A stretch of 64,000 bases of DNA from Parcubacteria bacterium C7867-008 (lineage in GTDB: Bacteria > Patescibacteriota > Minisyncoccia > Phycocordibacterales > Phycocordibacteraceae): assembly GCA_001189215.1 (NCBI GenBank), contig LFCR01000002.1, positions 74,677 to 138,676 of the forward strand, read 5' to 3'. The translations under genes and the position numbers were made by a program. The notes under the pieces are model-generated. The model had not been told where the DNA came from. It did not search any database and saw only the letters and a program-made list of their open reading frames with translations. Positions 54,642 to 62,954 of the stretch are shown in pieces (within the stretch, counting starts at the first letter, position 1; every line of letters starts with the position of its first letter).

Positions 54642-54976
54642 AACTGACCCTTCCTAAATTCTCAAAGAACTCTGCCGGTGCATTTAAGTATGGCGACCGT
54701 CTTAACCCATCACGCGATTGGTTTATACTCGTCACTATTTTTGTAGTACTTCTTCTTGCGAGCCTTGCTTGGAATGTATGGCTCTTTGATCGTGTAACCA
54801 AAGGTGATGCAATAGGAAACGCCTCTGCACCCGCGCCACTTAACCCCGCATCCATTGATTCTGTGCAGGCATTGTTCGAAGCGAGAGCGATAAAAGAAAC
54901 TGACTACAAGAACACTCATTTTGTAGACCCTTCCGTATCTAGTGCCCCTAGTGCTAGTGTTGAAGTGCCCCTATAG
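54638..54976 (+). CDS. small single-TM protein (possible PilP-like), hypothetical
   Basis: Start at ATG 54638 overlapping pilO stop; TM WFILVTIFVVLLLASLAWNVWLF. Confidence 0.4.
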   Translation: MKLTLPKFSKNSAGAFKYGDRLNPSRDWFILVTIFVVLLLASLAWNVWLFDRVTKGDAIGNASAPAPLNPASIDSVQALFEARAIKETDYKNTHFVDPSVSSAPSASVEVPL

Positions 54977-55041
54977 CTCAATGGATAGAGCAGGAGACTT
55001 CTAAGCTCTTGATCTAGGTTCGATTCCTGGTGGGGGCACCA
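54967..55041 (+). tRNA. tRNA-Arg (anticodon TCT), CCA encoded
   Basis: Acceptor GCCCCTA/TGGGGGC, D-arm GCTC-AATGGATA-GAGC, anticodon loop CTTCTAA, T-arm CTAGG-TTCGATT-CCTGG, 3' ACCA. Confidence 0.8.
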
Positions 55042-55114
55042 TTGACCGATTTTCAATAGAGTGTTTGAATCCATCCAGACGTTTTCACCTGTTACCCGTT
55101 GAAAGGGGTTAAGA

Positions 55115-55585
55115 ATGGTCACGCTCGATAGGCTTCAAGATATCGCAGATCGTACTGCGAGCCTTTTTGTCGGCAAGAATCAGCTTGTACGGCATGGATT
55201 GCTCATGGCCGCGGAAGATGCTTCTTGGCACGCGGAAGAAGGGTTTCGATATGCCTCATTGGCTGGCACTCCCTTCGCTGATACGCTTGCCCAACTGACC
55301 AGGAATTCTTTGGATGGTATCGAGATCGATCTCGTCGATGTCGACAACATTCCCATACACAGACACATGAAGAGTGACATCACGCTGGTTGTACTGCCGG
55401 ACTCCATGGGCCAGGGCTGGTTTGAACTGAATCGTCGGTGGAACAGAATCTACCAGAATCAGGTCATCACTCTTCCGAAGGGCGCGCTGCACGGGTTCAC
55501 CTCGATGAATCCAAACACCCGACTTGGTCTGCTCGGCTTCAACTACCCGCCGATCGGAGATGATGACACGATATTCCTCTCGTAG
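55115..55585 (+). CDS. hypothetical protein (possible cupin-like)
   Basis: ORF between two tRNAs with own terminator; slightly GC-enriched; no confident family. Confidence 0.4.
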   Translation: MVTLDRLQDIADRTASLFVGKNQLVRHGLLMAAEDASWHAEEGFRYASLAGTPFADTLAQLTRNSLDGIEIDLVDVDNIPIHRHMKSDITLVVLPDSMGQGWFELNRRWNRIYQNQVITLPKGALHGFTSMNPNTRLGLLGFNYPPIGDDDTIFLS

Positions 55586-55608
55586 ATCGGACACCGCTAC
55601 ACGAGAAA

Positions 55609-55650
55609 GGAGGGCAGTCGCTTGCGACTAGCCCTCTTTTTCTTTTCCAC
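55609..55650 (+). terminator. rho-independent terminator (nested hairpin AGGGC...GCCCT + TTTTTCTTTT)
   Basis: Directly after the 55115..55585 ORF. Confidence 0.65.
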
Positions 55651-55690
55651 AAAAGAAAACACCCAGGAGTACTCCTGGGTGTTTTCTTTC
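55651..55690. terminator. bidirectional terminator (AAAAGAAAACACCCAGGAG-T-ACTCCTGGGTGTTTTCTTTC)
   Basis: Perfect long stem; 3' of minus-strand tRNA-Val. Confidence 0.8.
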
Positions 55691-55693
55691 TAG

Positions 55694-55766
55694 TGCGGGC
55701 TGAGGGACTTGAACCCCCGACCATTCGAGTGTAAATCGAGTGCTCTACCAACTGAGCTAAGCCCGC
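55694..55766 (-). tRNA. tRNA-Val (anticodon TAC), no encoded CCA
   Basis: Acceptor GCGGGCT/AGCCCGC, D-arm GCTC-AGTTGGTA-GAGC, anticodon loop TTTACAC, T-arm GGGGG-TTCAAGT-CCCTC. Confidence 0.8.
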
Positions 55767-55824
55767 CTACCAGCTACCATACCGCATACCAGGGTTTTTT
55801 TGAAGTATGTGCTAGGGTACCGAT

Positions 55825-56556
55825 ATGAATCTCCCCGTTATTTATGAAGACGACGCCATTGTGGCAATAGATAAGCCGATCGGTGTGATGACACATCCGG
55901 ATGGTCATTCTACAGATGAAACCGTTAGTGACTGGTTTGCTAAGCACTATCCAGCCTCTGCAGAGGTGGGGGAAACACAGCGCCTGCAGAATGGTACTGA
56001 GATACTTCGTGCAGGTATCGTGCATCGTCTGGACCGCGACACTTCAGGTGTGATGATTCTCACCAAGACTCCCGAAGCGCACGCTTTCTATAAAGAAGCA
56101 TTCCAGGAACATTCAATACAGAAAACCTATCTTGCGTTTGTGTACGGAACAATGAAAGAAGAGAAGGGAACCATCAATCTCCCTATCGGGCGTTCTGCCA
56201 CAGACTTCCGTTTGCGTTCCGCACAGCGTGGTTCGAAAGGATTACGCCGTGACGCAATCACGCATTATCAAGTGGTGGGGGACATTGGCACACACTCTCT
56301 TATCAAAGCGATGCCACAGACCGGACGCACCCATCAGATTCGTGTGCACCTGAAGGCAGTGCACCACCCAATCGTGTGCGATCCACTCTACGCCCCTAAC
56401 CAGAAATGCGATCTTGGTTTCAAGCGACTAGGGCTTCATGCATACAAGCTTGAGCTACCGTTATTGTCTGGTGAATCAATTACTATTACCGCACCCGTAC
56501 CACTAGAGCTACAAGCTGCTATAGCAATGTTTCCGAATACTGAAGACCTTCTTTAA
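55825..56556 (+). CDS. RluA-family pseudouridine synthase
   Basis: Catalytic HRLDRDTSGVMILTK motif. Confidence 0.8.
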   Translation: MNLPVIYEDDAIVAIDKPIGVMTHPDGHSTDETVSDWFAKHYPASAEVGETQRLQNGTEILRAGIVHRLDRDTSGVMILTKTPEAHAFYKEAFQEHSIQKTYLAFVYGTMKEEKGTINLPIGRSATDFRLRSAQRGSKGLRRDAITHYQVVGDIGTHSLIKAMPQTGRTHQIRVHLKAVHHPIVCDPLYAPNQKCDLGFKRLGLHAYKLELPLLSGESITITAPVPLELQAAIAMFPNTEDLL

Positions 56557-56613
56557 AAGAGGGAGGCGACGACCGTGGTGGTCGCCGCCTCAAACGAACT
56601 TGCGCCATCTTGC

Positions 56614-57279
56614 TCACCCTAAGGCTCGCAGGTACTCCACTGCCTTAACAACTGCCTGTTCTCGATGATTTAGCTTGTCTTCCTTTTCATGAGGAGGAAA
56701 TTGTTCACCAATTCCCATGAGCAGACCCCAACTGTCGACAAACATGAGGGATGCAAACGGGAACCCTTCAATACGCATCTGGTCTGGTTGTTCCAGTACG
56801 TGACCATCGAGAGAACCTTCGAACATGACGGGCTCAACGATCGTGCCATCTTCGTTGAGTATGGTCATGGCAAGAACCGTACGCGCTTGGATGGTTCGGT
56901 CTTCGCCGGTGAGTGTGATCATCTGCGCGATGGCGTAGCTGATGATCTCTTCATCGCCCATGCGGGTCTCACCATCCCGCCAGCGTCGAACGAAGATACC
57001 TGGCGCTCCACCTAACGCCTTGATAAAGAAGCCGGTGTCGTCCGAGAGGATGAAGACCCGCTTTCCAACAAGAGCAGGATGTCCTAGAAGCGCCCTGGCA
57101 TATGCTCGCACCTTGATCTCAGCGTTCTGGCCAAGATTCGTTCCGGTCTCCTGAACATCGGTCTCGCAGCCGAGATCCTCAGGAGATAGAACCTCGAACC
57201 CGAGATGCTCGAGGATGCTTCGCATCTCCAGGATCTTGCCCGGATTACTGGTTGCGTATAGTAAGGTGTTTTGGGACAT
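56614..57279 (-). CDS. rdgB: non-canonical purine NTP pyrophosphatase (RdgB/Ham1 family)
   Basis: LLYATSNPGKILEMRSIL N-terminus and DTGFFIKALGGAPGIF. Confidence 0.7.
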   Translation of the reverse strand: MSQNTLLYATSNPGKILEMRSILEHLGFEVLSPEDLGCETDVQETGTNLGQNAEIKVRAYARALLGHPALVGKRVFILSDDTGFFIKALGGAPGIFVRRWRDGETRMGDEEIISYAIAQMITLTGEDRTIQARTVLAMTILNEDGTIVEPVMFEGSLDGHVLEQPDQMRIEGFPFASLMFVDSWGLLMGIGEQFPPHEKEDKLNHREQAVVKAVEYLRALG

Positions 57280-57367
57280 GATTTACTCCGTGAATGGGTC
57301 CACAGGGATACTATACCGTCCAGAGAAAGCGTCTAGTTTTGCTTTTATACAGGCCGTGTGGTAGATT

Positions 57368-57949
57368 TTGCCTACTATGAATTCCGTTATAACTCCCGTA
57401 AAGACGGCGGAGCGCACCAGCCTTGGTATCCGCCCAGGTGACACTGTACGTGTACACCAGAACATTGTTGAGAAGGGTAAGACCCGAACTCAGGTGTTCG
57501 AAGGTCTCGTTATTGCTGTAAAGCACGGCACTGAGGCAGGTGCTTCGTTCACCGTCCGCGCAACCCTTTCAGGTGTTGGTGTTGAGCGTATTTTCCCACT
57601 CTTCGCTCCATTTATCTCTAAAATCGAGATCGTGCGCCGTTCTAAGGTTCGTCGCGCTAAGCTTTACTTCATCCGTGAGAAGGTTGCTCGTGAGGTACGT
57701 CGTCAGCTTCGCAACATGCGCATGGTAAAGATGTCTACCGACGACTTCAAGGAGGAAGAGATTCCTGCTGAAGCAGCACCTGTAGAAGTCGAGGAAGTAA
57801 TGGAGATGGATCCAGCACAGACTTCAGAAGGTGCAGACATGACTCCTGCAGAAGAGGAAGTAGGTACACCTGAAGCTCCTGTTGTTGAGGAAATGTCAGT
57901 TGATGCTCCTACAGAGGAACCAGCAGTTGAAGAAGAGAAAGCTGCGTAA
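57368..57949 (+). CDS. rplS: 50S ribosomal protein L19 with acidic C-terminal extension (start possibly ATG 57377)
   Basis: RPGDTVRVHQNIVEKGKTRTQVFEGLVIAVKHGTEAGASFTVR ... KLYFIREKVAREVRR, then ~70 aa E/A/V-rich tail. Confidence 0.85.
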   Translation: MPTMNSVITPVKTAERTSLGIRPGDTVRVHQNIVEKGKTRTQVFEGLVIAVKHGTEAGASFTVRATLSGVGVERIFPLFAPFISKIEIVRRSKVRRAKLYFIREKVAREVRRQLRNMRMVKMSTDDFKEEEIPAEAAPVEVEEVMEMDPAQTSEGADMTPAEEEVGTPEAPVVEEMSVDAPTEEPAVEEEKAA

Positions 57950-57957
57950 GCTTTGAT

Positions 57958-57993
57958 AAAAAGAAAGGGCCGCTCTAAGCGGCCCTTTCTTTT
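57958..57993 (+). terminator. rho-independent terminator (AAAGAAAGGGCCGC-TCTAA-GCGGCCCTTTCTTTTT)
   Basis: After rplS. Confidence 0.85.
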
Positions 57994-58039
57994 TATCTTT
58001 TCATTCCGTATAGTGGAAAAATCCCGTGAGGGAACACCT

Positions 58040-58121
58040 GCCCAGGTGTTGAAATTGGTAGACAAGCATCCTTGAGGTGGATGTGCCGCAAGGCGTGGAG
58101 GTTCAAGTCCTCTCCTGGGCA
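58040..58121 (+). tRNA. tRNA-Leu (anticodon GAG), long variable arm, incomplete CCA (ACCG)
   Basis: Acceptor GCCCAGG/CCTGGGC, anticodon stem CATCC/GGATG with loop TTGAGGT, extra arm TGCCGCAAGGCGT, T-arm GGAGG-TTCAAGT-CCTCT. Confidence 0.8.
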
Positions 58122-58131
58122 CCGAAAACAT

Positions 58132-58707
58132 ATGCCTACACTGTATACAGGAAAGGGCGATGGCGGTACGACGAAGACATTCGGTTGTGATCAACAGCGC
58201 ATATCAAAAGCAACCGAGCTGCCAGAAGCGCTTGGTACGTTAGATGAACTCAACTCATTCCTTGGATTAGCAAAGATTCGTGCAAAACAGGTGCAAGATT
58301 CTAGTCTCCAGGTAGGAAAGAAATCATATTCAATATCCGCAATCCTTCGCGATGTGCAGGAAACACTCTTTATCGTTCAGGCAGAAGTTGCGGGAGCACC
58401 AAAGAAAGTAGGGAAGGTGAAGGTAACGCATGTAGAGAAGTTGATTGCGGCGGTAGAAGGAGAGATTCCTCCCGTAGTGTCCTTCTCCATTGCAGGAGGT
58501 ACTGAAGTGTCTGCGCTTCTTGATGTTGCACGTACGCTTGCACGCCGTGCAGAGCGTCGTGTGGTGGCGGTGCATGAGCTTGAACTACGAACTCTCTCAC
58601 CACACACTCGTGCGTATCTCAATCGTCTTTCCTCTCTTTTATTTGCACTTGCTCGTCTCGCAAATCATAAATCAGGCGTCGTAGAAGAGAATCCAACATA
58701 TCGATAA
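58132..58707 (+). CDS. PduO-type ATP:cob(I)alamin adenosyltransferase-family protein
   Basis: Start set at ATG 58132; MPTLYTGKGDGGTT and TLDELNSFLG match the PduO/MMAB N-terminal signature. Confidence 0.55.
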   Translation: MPTLYTGKGDGGTTKTFGCDQQRISKATELPEALGTLDELNSFLGLAKIRAKQVQDSSLQVGKKSYSISAILRDVQETLFIVQAEVAGAPKKVGKVKVTHVEKLIAAVEGEIPPVVSFSIAGGTEVSALLDVARTLARRAERRVVAVHELELRTLSPHTRAYLNRLSSLLFALARLANHKSGVVEENPTYR

Positions 58708-58740
58708 TCCGTCTCCCGTGGTATAAGAGTTCAGTGCGCT

Positions 58741-58830
58741 ACATGGCGGCTATGGTGTAACGGTTAACACTACAGGTTGTGGCTCTGTGTATTGTTCGGG
58801 CGAACTCTCACAACAGCTTAGGAGGCGATC
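58741..58830 (+). promoter_or_regulatory. highly structured 5' leader (nested hairpins) upstream of radical-SAM gene
   Basis: GTGTAACGGTTAACAC imperfect palindrome; GTTGTG...CACAAC stem enclosing GTTCG-GGC-CGAAC hairpin; ends at RBS AGGAGG and ATG 58831. Confidence 0.45.
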
Positions 58831-60267
58831 ATGAGAGAAAAAACGGATGCGTTCTCACACGCCACCGATGCTCTTTCACAACTTGGCATTCCAAAAATTC
58901 TTGAAGCGCTTCGAGCTACCGGTATATCCGTTCGACGTTCTGATATGGGTGGAAGTCACTCGGTGGTAACCTACCCGCCACTGCATGCACTCAGAAAGAC
59001 TGAGTCACCAGCAGTGACGTATGGAAAGACCACGAGTCTGTACATCCACATCCCGTTCTGTGAAAGTGTGTGTACGTTCTGCCACTACGTCGTTCAGCAC
59101 TATCGTGGTAACCGCGAATCTGCTGCGCGTCAGAGTGTAGTGTCCGGATATATGCACGCACTAAACATCGAGATGAACAGTTGGGCGCATGAACTCGGTA
59201 CGACTGGTACGACTATCACATCAATCTATATCGGTGGCGGAACACCACTGGTGCTGGAAACGCATCAACTGGTTGATCTGCTCGACATGATTAGGTTGAA
59301 GTTTAAGGTGGCTGAAGGCGCGGATATCTGCGTCGAAGCCAGCCCTCTCACCATCACTGCTACCGACGGCCTCGCTAAACTGCAAACATTGAGACAGCAC
59401 GGGGTCACGCGCCTCAGTTTCGGTGTGCAATCCCTCGATAATGAAGTTTTGCTTCGTGCCGGTCGCGGATATGAGCGGGCAACCGCCATTCGTGCCTGCA
59501 TGATTGCAGCGCAAGTTTTCGACAACTGGAATATAGATCTCATACAGTCCCTGTACAAAGGGACTTCGGATGAGATCTGGGAGAATCTTCAAGCGATCGA
59601 TCAAGTACGACCACCACACGTCACCTGGTACCACGGTAGGTTCATGGACCGACCGCAAGGCCACTGGCGTAATGAGCCGAACATGCAGAAGGGCTTCGAG
59701 AATGATCAGCAAACCCTCTTCGGACGGATGCTGATCTGGCAGGAACTTGCACAGATGGGATACCGTCAGATCGACGGGAATCGCTTTGTGCTGGGTGAGC
59801 GCTTCGTTGACCCTTTCAAGAAGACTCGTACTTCAGTCACCAGTGATCTGCTCGGACTCGGAGTCTCAGCCTACTCTCACGTAGGTTCGCAGTCTCATGA
59901 GCCCGGTGGTCTATTCTTCCGTAATACGACAAAGACTCCAGACTACGTGAACAGACTGGAGACAGGCTTCAATCCGATTGAATCAGGATTCACGTTTGAT
60001 CCTGATGAACATCTTGCGGCATCGTATGTCGTAGGGCTACGGACCGGGAGACTACCTTTTCAGGCGCATGTGTACGCGTCTGAGGTAGCAGTGTCCTATT
60101 ACGACCGGTTGATACATGAGCTCAGCAAAGTAAAGGTGTTGGAGCTTGTGAATTCAGACTCGGGCACGATGATCAGATTGTCGGAGCTCGGAAGGTTATT
60201 TGAGGACGAGATACTCGCGCTCTTCTACAGTCCTCGTGTTTTAGAGCTCCTGGCTCCAGCTAAGTAG
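58831..60267 (+). CDS. radical SAM protein, HemN/HemW (oxygen-independent coproporphyrinogen oxidase-like) family
   Basis: LYIHIPFCESVCTFCHY (CxxxCxxC) radical-SAM cluster motif plus HemN-like C-terminal domain. Confidence 0.75.
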   Translation: MREKTDAFSHATDALSQLGIPKILEALRATGISVRRSDMGGSHSVVTYPPLHALRKTESPAVTYGKTTSLYIHIPFCESVCTFCHYVVQHYRGNRESAARQSVVSGYMHALNIEMNSWAHELGTTGTTITSIYIGGGTPLVLETHQLVDLLDMIRLKFKVAEGADICVEASPLTITATDGLAKLQTLRQHGVTRLSFGVQSLDNEVLLRAGRGYERATAIRACMIAAQVFDNWNIDLIQSLYKGTSDEIWENLQAIDQVRPPHVTWYHGRFMDRPQGHWRNEPNMQKGFENDQQTLFGRMLIWQELAQMGYRQIDGNRFVLGERFVDPFKKTRTSVTSDLLGLGVSAYSHVGSQSHEPGGLFFRNTTKTPDYVNRLETGFNPIESGFTFDPDEHLAASYVVGLRTGRLPFQAHVYASEVAVSYYDRLIHELSKVKVLELVNSDSGTMIRLSELGRLFEDEILALFYSPRVLELLAPAK

Positions 60268-60404
60268 TTTTTATGGCCACCGCGGTTGTACCGCGGTGGC
60301 CAACTGTTTTATATTTCAAGTAAGTAAACCTTAGCGAGGTTGCGACTTGGATTCTCTAACGTATACTGCGTCCCGGACAATCATGTTCTGAGGGGAAACC
60401 TCCA

Positions 60405-60962
60405 ATGGCTAAACTACTTATGGGGCTTGGTACCCTTCAGCTGCATGGCCTGCAGACCACGCTGTATAGGTGGCTTCAAGCCAACTCGATGATGAACAGA
60501 GACATTTCACCGCCGCTACAGGCATACTGCAACTGTACGCTTGGAACTAATTTCGAACCCGAGCGTGTTCGTTCCTTGCGGGATGCGCTCGCAACAGAGT
60601 TTGTTGACGTGTTCCAAGAAGAGGGACTTGTAGCACGGGCCGATGCACCATTCTGCGTCAAAACACAGCAACAGGATGGATACACGACACTTCTACTACC
60701 GCTTGAAAGTAAGCTGCTGCAGAGTGTTCGCAAACGTTTGCGGGAATACCTGTCTCGTGAGTGGGGATTCCGTGTTCATGATGGCGATCATCCGGCGAGC
60801 ATAACGCTTGTACATAATATTCCGGCTACTGCTGACGAGCAGATCATGGAACTGTGTGCGATGCTCGTATGGCCGGACTTTGTCACGTTCACTTCGGCAG
60901 CGATATATACGGGAGGGAAGCAATACAAGCGTTTTGGCCAGATCCCGTTCAAAACCCAATAG
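60405..60962 (+). CDS. hypothetical protein
   Basis: ORF with own downstream intergenic; no family recognised; start uncertain. Confidence 0.35.
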   Translation: MAKLLMGLGTLQLHGLQTTLYRWLQANSMMNRDISPPLQAYCNCTLGTNFEPERVRSLRDALATEFVDVFQEEGLVARADAPFCVKTQQQDGYTTLLLPLESKLLQSVRKRLREYLSREWGFRVHDGDHPASITLVHNIPATADEQIMELCAMLVWPDFVTFTSAAIYTGGKQYKRFGQIPFKTQ

Positions 60963-61024
60963 GTTATATATAGATTGAAAGGTAAACGGGGGTCTGCGGA
61001 CCCTCGTTTTGCTATACTGCCACC

Positions 61025-61414
61025 ATGAAATCATTTATAGAGGAATTCAAGAAGTTCGCCCTACGCGGCAATGTCATAGATCTGGCAATCGGTGTTGTGA
61101 TTGGTACTGCATTCAGCAATATCACCAATTCGTTAGTCACTAACATCATCACACCACCCTTAGGTCTCTTGCTGGGACAGGTAGACTTTAAGGACCTTGT
61201 TCTTAATCTTGGAGGTACGGTTGAAATTAAATACGGTCTCTTCCTTCAGTCCGTTCTCGATTTCGTCATCATCGCATTGGTACTCTTCGTGCTGATTCGT
61301 CTCATAAATCGTATTGCTAATAAGAAGGCCGAAGATATGCCTGAAGCAAGTAAGTCTCCTGAGCTCCAGGTGCTAGAACAGATTCGTGATTCAATTGGTC
61401 ATCCAAAACTGTAA
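61025..61414 (+). CDS. mscL: large-conductance mechanosensitive channel
   Basis: MKSFIEEFKKFALRGNVIDLAIGVVIGTAF N-terminus and second TM helix. Confidence 0.85.
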   Translation: MKSFIEEFKKFALRGNVIDLAIGVVIGTAFSNITNSLVTNIITPPLGLLLGQVDFKDLVLNLGGTVEIKYGLFLQSVLDFVIIALVLFVLIRLINRIANKKAEDMPEASKSPELQVLEQIRDSIGHPKL

Positions 61415-61420
61415 TCAGGT

Positions 61421-62101
61421 ATGAAAAATCTCCTAATAGGCATTGCGCTCGTTGTACTGATTGGCGTTGGTGCATTCGTATACCGCAGTGCAATGGAACG
61501 CCCGAAAGTTGCACTACCAATAGGAGGTGAGAAGGCCTGTACCCTTGAGGCAAAGATTTGTCCTGATGGAAGTGGTGTTGGTCGTACTGGTCCAAATTGT
61601 GAGTTTGCTGCGTGTGCACTTCCAAATGCTGAAGATGCACAGATCGGAATTTCCTTTGTGATACCGGATGGCTTCGTTGCGAACCCAGATGCGATTGGAG
61701 CAGATACTTCACTACGTGCGGTCTTTGATTCAAAGACCATCAAGTCCGGTGGAGTTCCTGATTCACTTATCATTCGTCGCTACGGTGTCCCAGCAGGGAA
61801 GACTGGGAATGACGTGATACTGGCAAATACCGTACATGAATCATCAGGCATTCAGGCTGCCTCAATGAAAGAATTTGAGCCGGTGATCATAAATGGAAAT
61901 ACATTCCAAACAATAACGGTTGAGCGTTTTGAAGCACTGGTGCACACAGAATACTATCTCGTACGCACAAATGATGTGCTCCGCTTTGAGGTAGTGGAAC
62001 GTGAGGTGAATAATTGGACAGACCCTAATCTCAAGGTTATGAAACTGCCATCGCATCAAGCGTTACAAAATCTCCTGGTAACTCTACAGAGTACCAAGTA
62101 A
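61421..62101 (+). CDS. secreted hypothetical protein
   Basis: Signal peptide MKNLLIGIALVVLIGVGAFVY; 4 Cys near N-terminus. Confidence 0.45.
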   Translation: MKNLLIGIALVVLIGVGAFVYRSAMERPKVALPIGGEKACTLEAKICPDGSGVGRTGPNCEFAACALPNAEDAQIGISFVIPDGFVANPDAIGADTSLRAVFDSKTIKSGGVPDSLIIRRYGVPAGKTGNDVILANTVHESSGIQAASMKEFEPVIINGNTFQTITVERFEALVHTEYYLVRTNDVLRFEVVEREVNNWTDPNLKVMKLPSHQALQNLLVTLQSTK

Positions 62102-62135
62102 AGAAAAGCCCGGTCTAGCGACCGGGCTTTTCTTA
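62099..62135. terminator. bidirectional terminator (AAAGAAAAGCCCGGTC-TAGC-GACCGGGCTTTTCTTAT)
   Basis: Between convergent genes. Confidence 0.85.
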
Positions 62136-62876
62136 TCCTGCGATTTGTATAACCACAAACAGTACTAATGCACCCAACAGGGTCATGACTGTTGTAAGGA
62201 TGCGCGGGTGATTGTGGTGACTCTCAGGCAAGAGATCTGATGCTCCAATGTAGAGGAAGAATCCTGCAAATGTTGAAAGGATAATCGCGAGTGCGCCTTC
62301 CGGTACTGTGATAAAGAGTGTGGCAATTGCACCAAGAAGCGGGGCAGCAGCATCAGCTAGTAACCACCTAAATGCTTCTTTGCGAGAACCCCCATTCTTA
62401 AGAACAAGGTTTACGGTATTGATACCGTCAGAGAAATCATGCGTCAGTACTGCCGCCGCTACCACTGCACCAACCGCAGGAGATACTTGGAATGCAAGAC
62501 CAATAGCGAATCCATCAAGGAAGCTGTGACTTGAAAGACTGCCTGCACCAATGATGCCGCGACGAGTGCTGTGGTGTGCATGTACATGTCCATCGTCACC
62601 GTCATTGTGTGCGTGAAGCAGAATCACGCGATCCAGAATCATGTATGCAAAGAAGCCAATTGCCGTGAACGTGATGAGTGTGCCTGGCTCGAAGAATGTA
62701 GCGCCAAGCTCAAGCGATTCTGGGATGAGGTCGAAGAACGCAACTGCCAGGACAGCTCCGGCCGAGAACCCAAGAATAAGGTGGAGCTTATCTTTGAGTT
62801 TCAAAGCCAAGCTGCCACCGATAAAGGTGGCCACAGAGGCAGCGAGGGCAACGAGTAGTATTGGTAGGGATTCCAT
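62133..62876 (-). CDS. zupT: ZIP-family divalent metal transporter (ZupT-like)
   Basis: His-rich loop HAHNDGDDGHVHAHHS and conserved HSFLDGFAIGLAF helix. Confidence 0.8.
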   Translation of the reverse strand: MESLPILLVALAASVATFIGGSLALKLKDKLHLILGFSAGAVLAVAFFDLIPESLELGATFFEPGTLITFTAIGFFAYMILDRVILLHAHNDGDDGHVHAHHSTRRGIIGAGSLSSHSFLDGFAIGLAFQVSPAVGAVVAAAVLTHDFSDGINTVNLVLKNGGSRKEAFRWLLADAAAPLLGAIATLFITVPEGALAIILSTFAGFFLYIGASDLLPESHHNHPRILTTVMTLLGALVLFVVIQIAG

Positions 62877-62954
62877 TTTGTAAGTATATAACTTCTCAAA
62901 CGACTACGGCTATAAGTGCTACCATTAGCCTAATCAGTAGTAATTAATATACCT

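Noticed and set aside
58741-58800. tRNA-His gene (GUG anticodon-like loop, acceptor/D-arm-like 5' half)
   Set aside because: No T-arm and no complementary 3' acceptor strand. Treated as a structured leader or decayed tRNA.
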